A DNA stretch of 64,000 nt from Nitrospirota bacterium (GTDB taxonomy: Bacteria > Nitrospirota > UBA9217), in assembly GCA_963740085.1 (NCBI GenBank), contig CAVUCU010000001.1, positions 1,504,001 through 1,568,000 of the forward strand, written 5' to 3'. The position numbers and the translations under genes are program-made. Of the stretch, positions 13,122 to 23,481 are shown in pieces. Position 1 is the first letter of the stretch; each line of letters opens with the position of its first letter. Under the pieces are notes generated by a model that saw only the letters and a program-made list of their open reading frames with translations, made no database searches and had not been told where the DNA came from.

Positions 13122-13433
13122 TTACGCTTTTTCGGCAGCTCGCTCTTTCATCGTCTTTGGTACGGAGACGAGGTATCCCAAAACCGTGCCGATCAGACCG
13201 CCGACAATGAGGCTTACCGTTGCCGCGCAGGCTATCCCAACCACAATACCCATTACCACAGCCGCCCTGACAAAAAGCGTGGGTTCGACCGCACCACCCA
13301 TGAGCTTCTGGAGCAGGATCAAGGTCCCGAAGCTCCCGAAGTAGAATCCCGGCATGATCCCGAACACCAGGAAGACCAAACCACCTGCAGTTGCACCGAT
13401 CTTCATCCCTGTTTTTACTGTCTCGTTCTTCAT
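13122..13433 (-). CDS. Small Gly-rich membrane protein (103 aa), paralog of the upstream gene
   Basis: AAAGGAG RBS then MKNETVKTGMKIGATAGGLVFLVFGIMPG...; the 248-aa ORF call is over-extended. Confidence 0.8.
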   Translation of the reverse strand: MKNETVKTGMKIGATAGGLVFLVFGIMPGFYFGSFGTLILLQKLMGGAVEPTLFVRAAVVMGIVVGIACAATVSLIVGGLIGTVLGYLVSVPKTMKERAAEKA

Positions 13434-13480
13434 GGCAAATCTCCTTTCAGCCTCAGCTGTATAGTCTTTGATCGCGGTTG

Positions 13481-13810
13481 CTATCTGTGTGCAGCCTTTG
13501 CTTCGCCAGCCTCTTCCTTGGGATGAGTGCCCGGTTCCAGGACCTTGCCCACGAGCCAACCAATGGTCGATGTGGCTGTCACCATCACGATGCCGGATAC
13601 GAGAACACCCATAAGCATGGATGCGAGCACGATGACCCTGGCTACGAGTCCTGGATGGAGGGGAAGCCCGAATAGCCATCCCGCAATATTGATACCCATG
13701 GCACCGCCTAACAGGCTGCCGGGCATAAGCCCGAAGAGCGCAAAGAGCACCAGTCCTGCGCCTGCCCCGATGTATGCTGTCTTTCTTGCTATTGTGGTCT
13801 TCATGGTCAT
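13481..13810 (-). CDS. Small Gly-rich membrane protein (109 aa)
   Basis: AAGGAGG RBS; hydrophobic segments YIGAGAGLVLFALFGLMPG... Confidence 0.8.
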   Translation of the reverse strand: MTMKTTIARKTAYIGAGAGLVLFALFGLMPGSLLGGAMGINIAGWLFGLPLHPGLVARVIVLASMLMGVLVSGIVMVTATSTIGWLVGKVLEPGTHPKEEAGEAKAAHR

Positions 13811-13843
13811 GTCCTCCTTTTTCGCTCAGTCTTGATTCTTTAA

Positions 13844-13878
13844 TTGCATCAACCGTGCCAGAGAACAACCTGTTGATT
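13844..13878 (-). promoter_or_regulatory. Sigma54 promoter with adjacent IHF site
   Basis: Minus strand CTGGCACGGTTGATGCAA (GG-N10-GC) at 13861-13844; AATCAACAGGTTG (WATCAANNNNTTR) at 13878-13866. Confidence 0.8.
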
Positions 13879-14033
13879 TAATTAAAAATCATTTCTTTGG
13901 TGTTTTGCAAAAGTGAGAAAATCCATGGTCGTTTTATAGGAATGCGAAAAAACGGCGCAAAGAGAAAATTTTCCTTGAAACGCAGGCACATATATGGTAT
14001 TTTACGGGTCGCCTTTTAAAAAGGCATATCTTA

Positions 14034-14120
14034 TTACACACGCGCCAGGACCTGTGGCAGGGTGTCCTGATTTAAAACGGGATCTGCCCGGGAATGATCG
14101 GCGCGGAGGTAAAAACCTGA
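14034..14120 (+). promoter_or_regulatory. rpsB leader (S2 autoregulatory RNA, t44-like)
   Basis: ACACACGC...GGGTG...GCGGAGGTAAAAACC upstream of rpsB; TTGAAA-17-TATTTT promoter at about 13975-14003. Confidence 0.7.
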
Positions 14121-14132
14121 GGGAGGGACGCG

Positions 14133-14927
14133 ATGTCCACGATCACAATGAAGGAGTTGTTGGAAGCAGGGGTACACTTCGGCCACCAGGCAAAACGATG
14201 GAACCCCAAGATGAAGAAGTATATTTTTGGAGAGCGTAACGGGATCTATATCATAGATCTCCAGAAAACGCTCAAACTGTTCAAGGAAGCCTACGAATTT
14301 GTCCGCACAGCCTCTTCCGAGGGAAAAGACATGCTGTTCGTCGGCACCAAAAAGCAGGCTCAGGACGCTATTACTGAAGAGGCAAAACGGTGTGGGATGT
14401 ACTATATCTCGAGCCGCTGGCTCGGTGGCATGCTTACCAATTTCGCCACTATCAAGAAAAGCATCGACCGTCTCAAGAAGATCGAGAAGATGAAAGAAGA
14501 CGGTACGTACGACAAGCTCACGAAAAAGGAAGTAGCCGGACTCGAGAAAGAACGCACCAAACTCGAAAAGATCCTCTGCGGCATCAAAACCATGTCCCAA
14601 CCACCGTCCATGATCTTCATCATCGACCCTCGTAAGGAGACGATCGCAGTCCAGGAAGCGAATAAGCTGGGCATCACGGTGGTCGCCGTGGTCGACACGA
14701 ACTGTGACCCCGACAATATCGACTATGTTATACCGGGCAACGACGATGCGATCCGCGCCATCCGATTGATGGCATCAAAAGTCGCCGATGCTGTCATCGA
14801 GGGAAAACAGGCCATCGCCAAGGAAGCCGGTGAGGCCGCAGAGGCAGAGAAGGCCGCTGGTGAAGCACCCGCGGCGGCCCCGGAGCCCGCGCTCGAGGAT
14901 GTAGACGCAACCGCGGAAGAAGCATAA
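14133..14927 (+). CDS. rpsB: 30S ribosomal protein S2
   Basis: [30 protein letters not shown]. Confidence 0.98.
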   Translation: MSTITMKELLEAGVHFGHQAKRWNPKMKKYIFGERNGIYIIDLQKTLKLFKEAYEFVRTASSEGKDMLFVGTKKQAQDAITEEAKRCGMYYISSRWLGGMLTNFATIKKSIDRLKKIEKMKEDGTYDKLTKKEVAGLEKERTKLEKILCGIKTMSQPPSMIFIIDPRKETIAVQEANKLGITVVAVVDTNCDPDNIDYVIPGNDDAIRAIRLMASKVADAVIEGKQAIAKEAGEAAEAEKAAGEAPAAAPEPALEDVDATAEEA

Positions 14928-15093
14928 TAAGGAGCGGGCATTTCCGGCCCGATGCACGACCGATGTTATGCGGATGACGCGACAAAGCGACGTATCGGTC
15001 AGCCGGTACGTAATGGGTTTCGTCTGGAAGCATCGGCCTTTTGCTTTCTGCAAGTCATCGCTGTTTTTGATTTTCGATGAAAGGAGTTTTTTA

Positions 15094-15978
15094 ATGGCAA
15101 CAATATCTGCGAGTGCAGTGAAGGATTTGAGGGAAAAAACCGGCGTCGGCATGATGGAAGCAAAAAAGGCTCTTGAAGAAACCGGCGGCGATTTTGAAAA
15201 AGCGGTCGATCTCCTGAGGAAGAAGGGTCTGTCTGCGGCAGCGAAGAAAGCCACGCGGGTTGCGGCCGAAGGTATGATCGCTTCCGCCATCCAGGCGGAC
15301 GGAAAGACCGGGGTGTTGATCGAGGTGAACAGCGAAACCGACTTTGTGGCAAAGAACGATGACTTTCAGCGCTTTGCGAAGGAGCTCGCCGAGCTCGTGG
15401 CCGCCAAGAAGCCTGCCGACGTGGCGTCGCTGTCGCAGCTTTCGATGGGCAGTGATACGGTTGAGGCCGGGCGCAACGCGCTCATCCAGAAAATCGGCGA
15501 GAATCTCGCGATTCGCCGGTTCGTATGCTATGAGACTTCCGGTCAAATCGCTATTTATCTGCACGGCACCCGCATCGGCGTCATGGTGGACTACACCGGC
15601 GGCGACGAGCAGCTCGGCAGGGACATGGCTATGCACATTGCCGCGGCAAACCCGCAGTTCCTGAGCAGGGAAGCCGTGCCGACCGACGTACTCGAACGCG
15701 AACGCGCCGTGTATGAGGCACAGGCAAAGGAATCGGGCAAACCCGCTGCCATTATCGGCAAGATGGTAGAGGGAAAACTCGAAAAGTATTACTCCGAAGC
15801 CTGCCTCATGGACCAGGTGTACATCAAGGATCCCGACGGCAAGCTCAAGATCAAAGATTGTCTGAAGAAGGCCGGCGGAAACATCGTGCTCAATCGCTTT
15901 GTCCGTTACCAGCTCGGCGAAGGGATCGAGAAGAAGAAAGATAATTTTGCTGAGGAAGTCGCTGCCCAGCTCAAATAA
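15094..15978 (+). CDS. tsf: Elongation factor Ts
   Basis: [19 protein letters not shown]; AAGGAG RBS before ATG 15094. Confidence 0.97.
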   Translation: MATISASAVKDLREKTGVGMMEAKKALEETGGDFEKAVDLLRKKGLSAAAKKATRVAAEGMIASAIQADGKTGVLIEVNSETDFVAKNDDFQRFAKELAELVAAKKPADVASLSQLSMGSDTVEAGRNALIQKIGENLAIRRFVCYETSGQIAIYLHGTRIGVMVDYTGGDEQLGRDMAMHIAAANPQFLSREAVPTDVLERERAVYEAQAKESGKPAAIIGKMVEGKLEKYYSEACLMDQVYIKDPDGKLKIKDCLKKAGGNIVLNRFVRYQLGEGIEKKKDNFAEEVAAQLK

Positions 15979-15979
15979 T

Positions 15980-16708
15980 ATGGCACAACCACGCTACAAA
16001 CGCATCCTGCTCAAGCTCTCGGGCGAGGCCCTCATGGGCGATCAGGGGTACGGCATCGACCATGCCGTGCTTGATACGATCACCTCGGAGGTGAAAGAGG
16101 TCTGCAGCCTCGGCGTCGAAGTCGCCATCGTCATCGGCGGAGGGAATATCTTCCGCGGCTTGTCGGGCGCTGCCAAGGGCATGGAGCGCGCAAGCGCGGA
16201 TTACATGGGCATGCTTGCCACGGTACTGAACGCGTTGGCGCTTCAGAATGTTCTCGAGAACAAGGGTGTGGTTACCCGGGTACAGTCGGCGATCGAGATG
16301 CGCGAACTCGCCGAGACCTACGTACGCCGCCGCGCGGTGCGTCATCTGGAAAAGCACCGCGTGGTCATCTTCGCCGCGGGCACCGGAAACCCCTACTTCA
16401 CGACAGACACCGCAGCAGCGCTCCGGGCGATGGAGATCGGGGCAGAGGTCATCATGAAGGCGACCAAGGTGGACGGTGTATACAGCGCCGACCCCATGAA
16501 GGACAAGACCGCCACCAAGTTCGACAGCCTGACCTATATCGAAGTTCTCCAGAAGGACCTTCGCGTCATGGATGCCACGGCCATATCCCTCTGCATGGAC
16601 AATGGCCTTCCCATCATTGTCTTCAACCTCAACGTCCCCGGCAATATCAAGAAGATCGTGACGGGCGAAAAAGTCGGGACGCTTGTGACCGGGAGGAACA
16701 ATGCTTAG
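15980..16708 (+). CDS. pyrH: UMP kinase
   Basis: [27 protein letters not shown]. Confidence 0.97.
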   Translation: MAQPRYKRILLKLSGEALMGDQGYGIDHAVLDTITSEVKEVCSLGVEVAIVIGGGNIFRGLSGAAKGMERASADYMGMLATVLNALALQNVLENKGVVTRVQSAIEMRELAETYVRRRAVRHLEKHRVVIFAAGTGNPYFTTDTAAALRAMEIGAEVIMKATKVDGVYSADPMKDKTATKFDSLTYIEVLQKDLRVMDATAISLCMDNGLPIIVFNLNVPGNIKKIVTGEKVGTLVTGRNNA

Positions 16709-17264
16709 CGAGCAGAAGAAAAAAGCGGAAGAGAAAATGAGCAAGGCGCTCGATGTCCTCAGAAAAGAGTTTACCACGCTCCGCACGGGCAGGGCGTCGC
16801 TGGGCATCCTCGACGGGATCATGGTTGATTTCTACGGCACGCCCACCGCGCTCAACCAGGTGTCAAACATGGCAATGCCCGACCCCCGGATGATCACCAT
16901 CCAGCCCTGGGAACCGAAGATGCTCGGCGAGATAGAGAAGGCCATCCTGAAATCGGACGTCGGGATCACGCCCTCGAACGACGGCAAGATCATCCGCCTC
17001 AGCATTCCGCCTTTGACCGAAGAGCGACGGCAGCAGATCGTGAAACATGCGAAGAAACTGGCCGAGGACGCGCGTGTCGCTGTCCGAAACATCCGCCGGG
17101 ACGTGAACGACGATATCAAGAAGAAAAGCAAGGTCAAGGACGTTCATGTTTCAGAGGACGAAGTCAAGAAGTTGCAGGACGAGATACAGAAGACGACGGA
17201 CAGCTATATCAAAAAGATCGATGATCTTCTCGGTCACAAGGAAAAAGAGATCATGACCGTGTAG
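16701..17264 (+). CDS. frr: Ribosome recycling factor
   Basis: [19 protein letters not shown]. Confidence 0.97.
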   Translation: MLSEQKKKAEEKMSKALDVLRKEFTTLRTGRASLGILDGIMVDFYGTPTALNQVSNMAMPDPRMITIQPWEPKMLGEIEKAILKSDVGITPSNDGKIIRLSIPPLTEERRQQIVKHAKKLAEDARVAVRNIRRDVNDDIKKKSKVKDVHVSEDEVKKLQDEIQKTTDSYIKKIDDLLGHKEKEIMTV

Positions 17265-17542
17265 GCATATTTCCGAAGTCGGTCCTGAACTTCTCCGCGG
17301 CATCCTCTTCACGCTCAACCGTAATCACCGTGCAACCCTTTTCCACAAGAACCCTTATTGAATATTCCCCGCAAGCGAGGCTCCTCTCCCGCAAGAAAAA
17401 GACTTCCGTACCGCTGATTTCGCGCCTCGAAAATTAGACTTTTTGCGCAGCTTTACCTTGACAAAGGCACGGAATTCGACATATTATTATGCGTTTCTCA
17501 TAGAGCTGCGATCCCGCTGTACGAATGCGGAAGGAGGAACTT

Positions 17543-17974
17543 GTGAAGGTTGAGCAGATATCCATATTCCTCGAGAACAAATCCGGCCGCCTTGCCGAGG
17601 TGACCGATATTCTTGCCAGGAACGGGATCAACTTGAGGGCCCTCTCCCTGGCCGATACTGCTGATTTCGGGATCTTCCGGCTGATCGTCAGCGATACGGA
17701 AAAAGCGGTCACGCTTCTTAAGGACAAGAGGTTCACCGTCGCAAAAAATGAAGTTATAGCCGTGGAAGTGCCGGACCGGCCGGGCGGCCTCGCCGGGATC
17801 CTTGCCACCCTTCAGGGCAAGGGCATTAATGTTGAATACATGTATGCCTTCGTCCAGAAGAGCGAGGGCAACGCCGTCCTGATATTCCGGTTCGATGATA
17901 TCGAGAAGGCCATCGATGCGCTGCGGAACGCAGACGTCAGGATCTTGGGCGGTGACGCTGTACAGAGATTGTAG
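17543..17974 (+). CDS. Tandem ACT-domain protein (PaaK/Ior-associated type)
   Basis: [28 protein letters not shown]; GGAGG RBS before GTG 17543. Confidence 0.88.
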   Translation: MKVEQISIFLENKSGRLAEVTDILARNGINLRALSLADTADFGIFRLIVSDTEKAVTLLKDKRFTVAKNEVIAVEVPDRPGGLAGILATLQGKGINVEYMYAFVQKSEGNAVLIFRFDDIEKAIDALRNADVRILGGDAVQRL

Positions 17975-18025
17975 GATCATCCCCTGCCCAGTGCAGGGAT
18001 ATTATTCTCAGGAGGAGAAAAGACC

Positions 18026-19168
18026 ATGAGACTGTTGAAATTCGCAGCAATAGCAGCATGCATTCTCGCCCTGTCGATCACGACGGCATGGGCGGGGAAA
18101 TCTATCAAAGTAGGCGCTATCCTGGCCGTAACCGGACCTGCGTCGTTCCTCGGCGCACCCGAGGCAAAGACACTCGAGATGATGGTCGAGGACATCAATG
18201 CCAAAGGAGGGATCAACGGCACCCGGGTGGAGCTGATCATCAAGGACTCGGGCGGCAGCCCTGAGAAGGCGATCTCATTTGCCAAACAGCTCATCGATGA
18301 AGAAAAGGTTTTCGCCATCATCGGCCCGTCCACCAGCGGCGAGACCATGGCCATCAAGAACATCGCTGAAGAAGGAAAGACCATCCTGATTTCCTGCGCC
18401 GCTGCCGAGGTGATCGTGAACCCCGTGGCAAAGTATGTATTCAAGACTCCCCAGATGGACAAGGACGCAGTGATCCGGATCTTCCAGCAGATGAAGAAAA
18501 TGAATATCTCCAAGATAGGCTTACTGTCTTCAAATACGGGCTTCGGCAAGGCAGGCAAGGAGCAGCTTGAAAAACTTGCTCCTGAATACGGCATCACCGT
18601 CGCGATCAGCGAGGTCTATGACAAAGCGGCCACGGACCTTACTGCTGAGGTGACGAAAGTAAAGGCCGCCAATGTGCAGGCGATCGTGAACTGGTCCATC
18701 GAGCCGGCACAGGCAATCGTGATCAAGAACGCCCGCCAGATCGGCCTGACCATCCCGATCTTCCAGAGCCATGGCTTCGGCAACATCGGGTATGTGAAGG
18801 CGGCCGGTTCTGCAGCCGAGGGTGTCATCTTCCCGGCTGGCCGACTGCTTGTTGCCGACACGCTTTCTGACAAGAACCCCCAGAAGGCGGTGCTTGAATC
18901 CTACAAAAAAGCCTACGAAACGAAATATAAGGAAGAGGTGAGCACCTTTGGCGGACATGCCTACGATGCCATGCTCATTCTCACCCAGGCGATCAAAACC
19001 GCGGGACCGGACAAGGAAAAGGTCAGGACCGCTATCGAGAACATCAAAGGCCTGGTCGGCACGGCCGGCGTCTTCAACTTCTCGGCCACGGACCACAATG
19101 GTCTCGATCTCAACGCCTTTGAAATGCTGACCGTCAAGGACGGCAAGTTCACTGCGCTGGAAAAATAA
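18026..19168 (+). CDS. LIV-family ABC transporter substrate-binding protein 1
   Basis: Signal peptide, IKVGAILAVTGPAS, IIGPSTSG. Confidence 0.92.
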   Translation: MRLLKFAAIAACILALSITTAWAGKSIKVGAILAVTGPASFLGAPEAKTLEMMVEDINAKGGINGTRVELIIKDSGGSPEKAISFAKQLIDEEKVFAIIGPSTSGETMAIKNIAEEGKTILISCAAAEVIVNPVAKYVFKTPQMDKDAVIRIFQQMKKMNISKIGLLSSNTGFGKAGKEQLEKLAPEYGITVAISEVYDKAATDLTAEVTKVKAANVQAIVNWSIEPAQAIVIKNARQIGLTIPIFQSHGFGNIGYVKAAGSAAEGVIFPAGRLLVADTLSDKNPQKAVLESYKKAYETKYKEEVSTFGGHAYDAMLILTQAIKTAGPDKEKVRTAIENIKGLVGTAGVFNFSATDHNGLDLNAFEMLTVKDGKFTALEK

Positions 19169-19323
19169 CGCGCGATCAATCTCAGACAGGGAGTGTCCGG
19201 CAAGGCCGGGCACTCCTTGTTGTTTCGGAACATCGGTAACCGGTCGTCCTTATGAGCAGGACGTCCCCGGAAAGCCGCAATTGTATGCCGGATCTCTGTT
19301 CTGTAAGGAGGAGGAGACCCACC

Positions 19324-20466
19324 ATGGGGATCAGTAAGTTCATTGCGGTAATCGTTGCTGCCCTTTCGTTTCTTGCCGCTTCTGTCTTCGCCGAAGACTC
19401 GATCAAGGTCGGTGCCATTCTTGCGGTTACCGGACCGGCATCAAACCTCGGTGCGCCCGAGGCACGGACCCTCGAGATGCTCGCGGAGGATATCAATGCA
19501 AGGGGCGGCATCATCGGGAAAAGGGTCGAGCTCATTCTCAAGGACACCGGCGGCAGTCCCGAAAAAGCCGTCTCCTTTGCGAAGCAGCTGATAGAAGAAG
19601 ATAAGGTGTTCGCCATCATTGGTCCATCCACCAGTGGTGAGACCATGGCGATCAAGAACCTTGCCGAAGCGGGAAAGACGATCCTTCTTTCCTGCGCAGC
19701 AGCCGAGGTCATCGTCAATCCACTCGGCAAATATGTTTTCAAGGTAGCGCCCAAAGACAGTTATGCCGCGATGAAGATCTTCCAGCAGATGAAAAAGATG
19801 AACATCTCGAAGATCGGCGTCCTTTCAAGCAATACGGGGTTCGGCAAGGCGGGCAAGGAACAGCTCGGGAAACTGGCGCCCGGGAACGGCATCCAGATCC
19901 TGATCAGCGAGGTCTATGATAAATCGGCAACGGACCTCACCGCCGAGGTCACCAAGCTCAGGACCAAAGGCGTACAGGCCATCGTGAACTGGTCCATAGA
20001 ACCGGCGCAGGCCATCGTGATCAAGAATGCACGCCAGATCGGCCTGAAGTTGCCGATCTTCCAGAGCCACGGTTTTGCCAATATCCAGTATGCTCAGGCA
20101 GCAGGTGTTGCCGCCGAGGGCGTGATCTTCCCGGCCAGCAGGATCATCGTTGCAGACCTGCTTCCCGATCGGCATCCGCAGAAACCGGTCGTCATGGCGT
20201 ACAAAAAGGCATATGAGACAAAATATGGCGAGGAGGTAAGCACGTTCGGCGGTCATGCCCATGACGCGCTGATGATCCTCGCCCGGGCCATCCGCGAGGG
20301 AGGCTATGACCGGGAAAAAGTGCGGGCCTCCATCGAGCACATCAGGGGATTCGTCGGCACCGCCGGTATTTTCTCCTTTTCTCCAACGGACCATAACGGC
20401 CTCGATATCGAATCCTTTGTCATGCTGACGGTAAAGAACGGCAAGTTCGCGTTGCTGGAGAAATAG
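19324..20466 (+). CDS. LIV-family ABC transporter substrate-binding protein 2
   Basis: Close paralog of the preceding gene; GGAGGAG RBS before ATG 19324. Confidence 0.92.
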   Translation: MGISKFIAVIVAALSFLAASVFAEDSIKVGAILAVTGPASNLGAPEARTLEMLAEDINARGGIIGKRVELILKDTGGSPEKAVSFAKQLIEEDKVFAIIGPSTSGETMAIKNLAEAGKTILLSCAAAEVIVNPLGKYVFKVAPKDSYAAMKIFQQMKKMNISKIGVLSSNTGFGKAGKEQLGKLAPGNGIQILISEVYDKSATDLTAEVTKLRTKGVQAIVNWSIEPAQAIVIKNARQIGLKLPIFQSHGFANIQYAQAAGVAAEGVIFPASRIIVADLLPDRHPQKPVVMAYKKAYETKYGEEVSTFGGHAHDALMILARAIREGGYDREKVRASIEHIRGFVGTAGIFSFSPTDHNGLDIESFVMLTVKNGKFALLEK

Positions 20467-20470
20467 AATC

Positions 20471-20604
20471 TTACCACGGAAACACGCAGTTTGAAATCCG
20501 AGGGAGGATGAACGCGTACGACTTGGCTATTGCGTCTCTCTTCCCTCGTCTTTCGTTCGTCATACCCGCGTATTTCCTCCGTATCACCGCGCCTCTGCGG
20601 TAAA
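20471..20604. repeat. Nested inverted tandem-unit elements (outer ACCACGG/CTCCGT 9-mer type, inner GACGA/TCGTC 7-mer type)
   Basis: ttaccacggaaacacgcag [cgagggaggatgaacg ... cgtctctcttccctcgtctttcgttcgtc] cctccgtatcaccgcgcctctgcggtaaa. Confidence 0.65.
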
Positions 20605-20643
20605 TACTCGACTTTTCTTTTGTACACGGATGAGGAGTCTTTT

Positions 20644-21531
20644 TTGATCGAGTTGTTCTTCCAATACGTCGTTGCCGGCCTGACCTATGGCTCCATCTAC
20701 GCCATTGTCGGCATCGGGTTCAACATTATTTACAATACCACCGGGATCATCAACTTTGCCCAGGGCGAGTTCGTCATGCTCGGCGGCATGATCGCGGTGA
20801 CCCTGTATGGTTTCCTGCCGCTTCCACTCGCGGTCCTCGGCGCTGTGCTGATCACGATGATCATCGGCGGATTGATCGAGATGGCCTTTATCCGGTGGCT
20901 CGTGAAGCCGTCGGTCCTGAGGATGATCATCATCACCATCGGCCTTTCCATCCTGATACGGGAAGCAGCGCTTTTCACCTGGGGCGAGGGAGTACGCTCC
21001 CTGCCCTACTTCACGGGGAACGAAATCTCCGCTCTCTCCCTCGGCAATGTCCGCATATCCCCGCAGGTCATCTGGAGCATCGGCGTCTGTTCGATCATCG
21101 TCCTTTCGCTGAACCTTTTTTTCAAACATACCATGCTCGGCAGGGAAATGCGCGCCTGCGCAGCGAACCGCGACGCCGCGTCACTCTGCGGCATCCCGAC
21201 AAGGAACATGATCACCCTTTCCTTTGTCCTCTCCGCCGGCATCGGTGCGCTGGCCGGGTGCGTTGTCTCGCCGATCACCTATACGCAGTATAATATCGGT
21301 GCCGGTCTCGCCATCAAGGGCTTTACCGTTGCGATCCTCGGCGGCCTCGGCAACAGCATGGCCGCCGTGGCAGCAGGTTTCATCCTCGGCATTCTCGAGT
21401 CCTTCAGCATCTGGGTCCTGCCGACCGCTTACAAGGACACGATCTCCATATCCATCCTGCTCGTCATGCTGTTCGTCAGGCCAAGCGGACTGTTTGGAAA
21501 TAAAGAGGCCATGCGGCTAAAGGATTTTTGA
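20644..21531 (+). CDS. livH: LIV-family ABC permease (LivH-like)
   Basis: GLTYGSIYA, INFAQGEF, AILGGLGN; TTG start after GAGGAG. Confidence 0.9.
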   Translation: MIELFFQYVVAGLTYGSIYAIVGIGFNIIYNTTGIINFAQGEFVMLGGMIAVTLYGFLPLPLAVLGAVLITMIIGGLIEMAFIRWLVKPSVLRMIIITIGLSILIREAALFTWGEGVRSLPYFTGNEISALSLGNVRISPQVIWSIGVCSIIVLSLNLFFKHTMLGREMRACAANRDAASLCGIPTRNMITLSFVLSAGIGALAGCVVSPITYTQYNIGAGLAIKGFTVAILGGLGNSMAAVAAGFILGILESFSIWVLPTAYKDTISISILLVMLFVRPSGLFGNKEAMRLKDF

Positions 21532-22589
21532 TGAAGACCCCGCGATTTACCCCGATCCTGACCCTTGTTGCTGTGGTCACCCTTGTCCAGCTCCTGACGC
21601 TTGTGGTTGGAAAGGAGTTCTATCTCACGCAGCTCACGATGACGGCGTACTATTCGCTTATTGTGATCGGTCTCTGTCTCCTGATGGGGTTTGCGGGACA
21701 GATCTCACTCGGCCACGCCGGCTTCTTCGCCATCGGCGGGTATACCTCGGCCGTACTCACGACGATGGACCTGTCAACCCACAAGGACGCTGTACTCGTC
21801 ACGCTTCTCACCAGGCTTAATATTTTGACCAGCCGGCAGGACCTCTACGGCCAATCGCTTTTGAGCGTCCATCCCTGGGCTGCCTGCATCGTTGCCGCGC
21901 TGCTTGCGCTCGTGATTTCCTGGGCCATCGGCATCCCGGTGCTGAAGCTCAAGGGGCATTACCTCGCCATGGCGACACTGGGGTTCGGGACGATCATCTA
22001 CAGCCTGGTGCTCGGGACCCAGAGCTTCGGCGCCGCTGACGGCATCTCCGGTGTCCCTCCTTTTCCATTACTGCCCGGCATCAGCGTGAGCGGGAGTTCG
22101 TCGCTCAGGGTTCAGAACTATTACTTTGCCTGGCTTCTCGTGACCGCGGCCATGATTCTGCTCGTGAATCTCATCCACTCCCGTGTCGGCCGCGCGCTCC
22201 GTGCGATCCATGGGGCCGAGGATGCCTCGAACGCCATGGGGGTTGACACGGCCCGATACAAGCTCTCCACCTTCATGCTGAGCGCCGTGCTCGCTGCGAT
22301 CGCCGGGGTCTTTCTCACCCACTTCAACGGCGGCATTGGCCCATCCGAGGCATCGATCATTAAATCGGTACGCTACGTGGCCATCGTTGCCGTCGGCGGC
22401 ATGGGAAGCCTCTGGGGCACGCTCCTCATGAGCGTGGTCCTGAACTTTTTCTCGCTTCGCGGCTATTTCGGGACCTTTGATGACGCCGTATTTGGGTCTA
22501 TCCTGATTCTCATTATGCTCTTCGCGCCCGATGGCATCATCGGATCTGATCTGCGGGCAATGGTGAAAAAATTGAGCCAAAAAATATGA
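21531..22589 (+). CDS. livM: LIV-family ABC permease (LivM-like)
   Basis: GQISLGHAGFFAIGGY, LKGHYLAMATL, VGGMGSLWG. Confidence 0.9.
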   Translation: MKTPRFTPILTLVAVVTLVQLLTLVVGKEFYLTQLTMTAYYSLIVIGLCLLMGFAGQISLGHAGFFAIGGYTSAVLTTMDLSTHKDAVLVTLLTRLNILTSRQDLYGQSLLSVHPWAACIVAALLALVISWAIGIPVLKLKGHYLAMATLGFGTIIYSLVLGTQSFGAADGISGVPPFPLLPGISVSGSSSLRVQNYYFAWLLVTAAMILLVNLIHSRVGRALRAIHGAEDASNAMGVDTARYKLSTFMLSAVLAAIAGVFLTHFNGGIGPSEASIIKSVRYVAIVAVGGMGSLWGTLLMSVVLNFFSLRGYFGTFDDAVFGSILILIMLFAPDGIIGSDLRAMVKKLSQKI

Positions 22590-22618
22590 GCGGCAATAAC
22601 AGAACCCTTAAATCTTTG

Positions 22619-22706
22619 AACCGCCAAGGCGCAAAGAACGCTGAGGTTTTTCATGCTAGGCCAGTGACGCGTCTCGTTTTCTTTGCGTTCTTCGCGTCTT
22701 CGCGGT
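22619..22706. repeat. Inverted tandem 9-mer element (CGCAAAG / CTTTGCG)
   Basis: aaccgccaaggcgcaaagaacgctgag ... ctttgcgttcttcgcgtcttcgcggt. Confidence 0.8.
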
Positions 22707-22716
22707 ATAGGTGTTT

Positions 22717-23481
22717 ATGCCACTTCTTGAAATAAAAAATATCAGCAAGCGCTTTGGCGGACTCCAGGCCGTGAAGGATGTGAGCTTTTCCGTTCAAGAG
22801 GGCAGCATCAAAGCCGTCATCGGGCCGAACGGAGCGGGAAAAACCACGCTGTTCAACCTTGTGTCCGGATTTTTATATCCGGACGCCGGCGCCATTCTTT
22901 ATCAGGGGGTGCCGATCAACGGGAAGGCTCCGTACGAGATCGCCGCGCACGGACTGTCTCGCACATTCCAGCACATCAAGCTCTTCGCCCACATGACCGC
23001 GCTCGAGAACGTCATGGTCGGCTGCCACGTCAGAAGCAGAGCGGGCTTTCTTGCGGGCATGCTGAACCTGCCCTGGACCTGGCGCGAAGAGCAGGAAATC
23101 CGCGACAGGGCGCATGCAATGATGGACCTTCTCGGGATCGCCAATCTTACCGGCGCCGAGGCCATGAGCCTCTCTTACGGCCAGCAGCGTGCCGTGGAAC
23201 TTGCCCGCGCTCTGGCGGGCGGCCCGACCATGCTGTTGCTCGACGAACCGGCAGCCGGCCTCAATATGCGCGAAACGGCGGACGTAGCAAAACTGATCGC
23301 CAGGATCCGCAACCTTGGCATCACCGTTTTGATCGTTGAACACGATATGTCCCTCGTTATGAACATCTCCGACGAGATCGTCGTGCTGAGCTACGGTGAA
23401 AAGATCGCCGACGACGTTCCCCATGCAGTACAGACCAATCCCGAGGTCGTCCGTGTCTATCTGGGAGAGGACGATGCTTAA
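22717..23481 (+). CDS. livG: LIV-family ABC ATPase (LivG-like)
   Basis: [25 protein letters not shown]. Confidence 0.92.
   Translation: MPLLEIKNISKRFGGLQAVKDVSFSVQEGSIKAVIGPNGAGKTTLFNLVSGFLYPDAGAILYQGVPINGKAPYEIAAHGLSRTFQHIKLFAHMTALENVMVGCHVRSRAGFLAGMLNLPWTWREEQEIRDRAHAMMDLLGIANLTGAEAMSLSYGQQRAVELARALAGGPTMLLLDEPAAGLNMRETADVAKLIARIRNLGITVLIVEHDMSLVMNISDEIVVLSYGEKIADDVPHAVQTNPEVVRVYLGEDDA

Noticed and set aside
13122-13868. 248-aa ORF as a single protein
   Set aside because: Its 5' part overlaps the 109-aa gene in another frame and the sigma54 promoter; the RBS supports a start at 13433.
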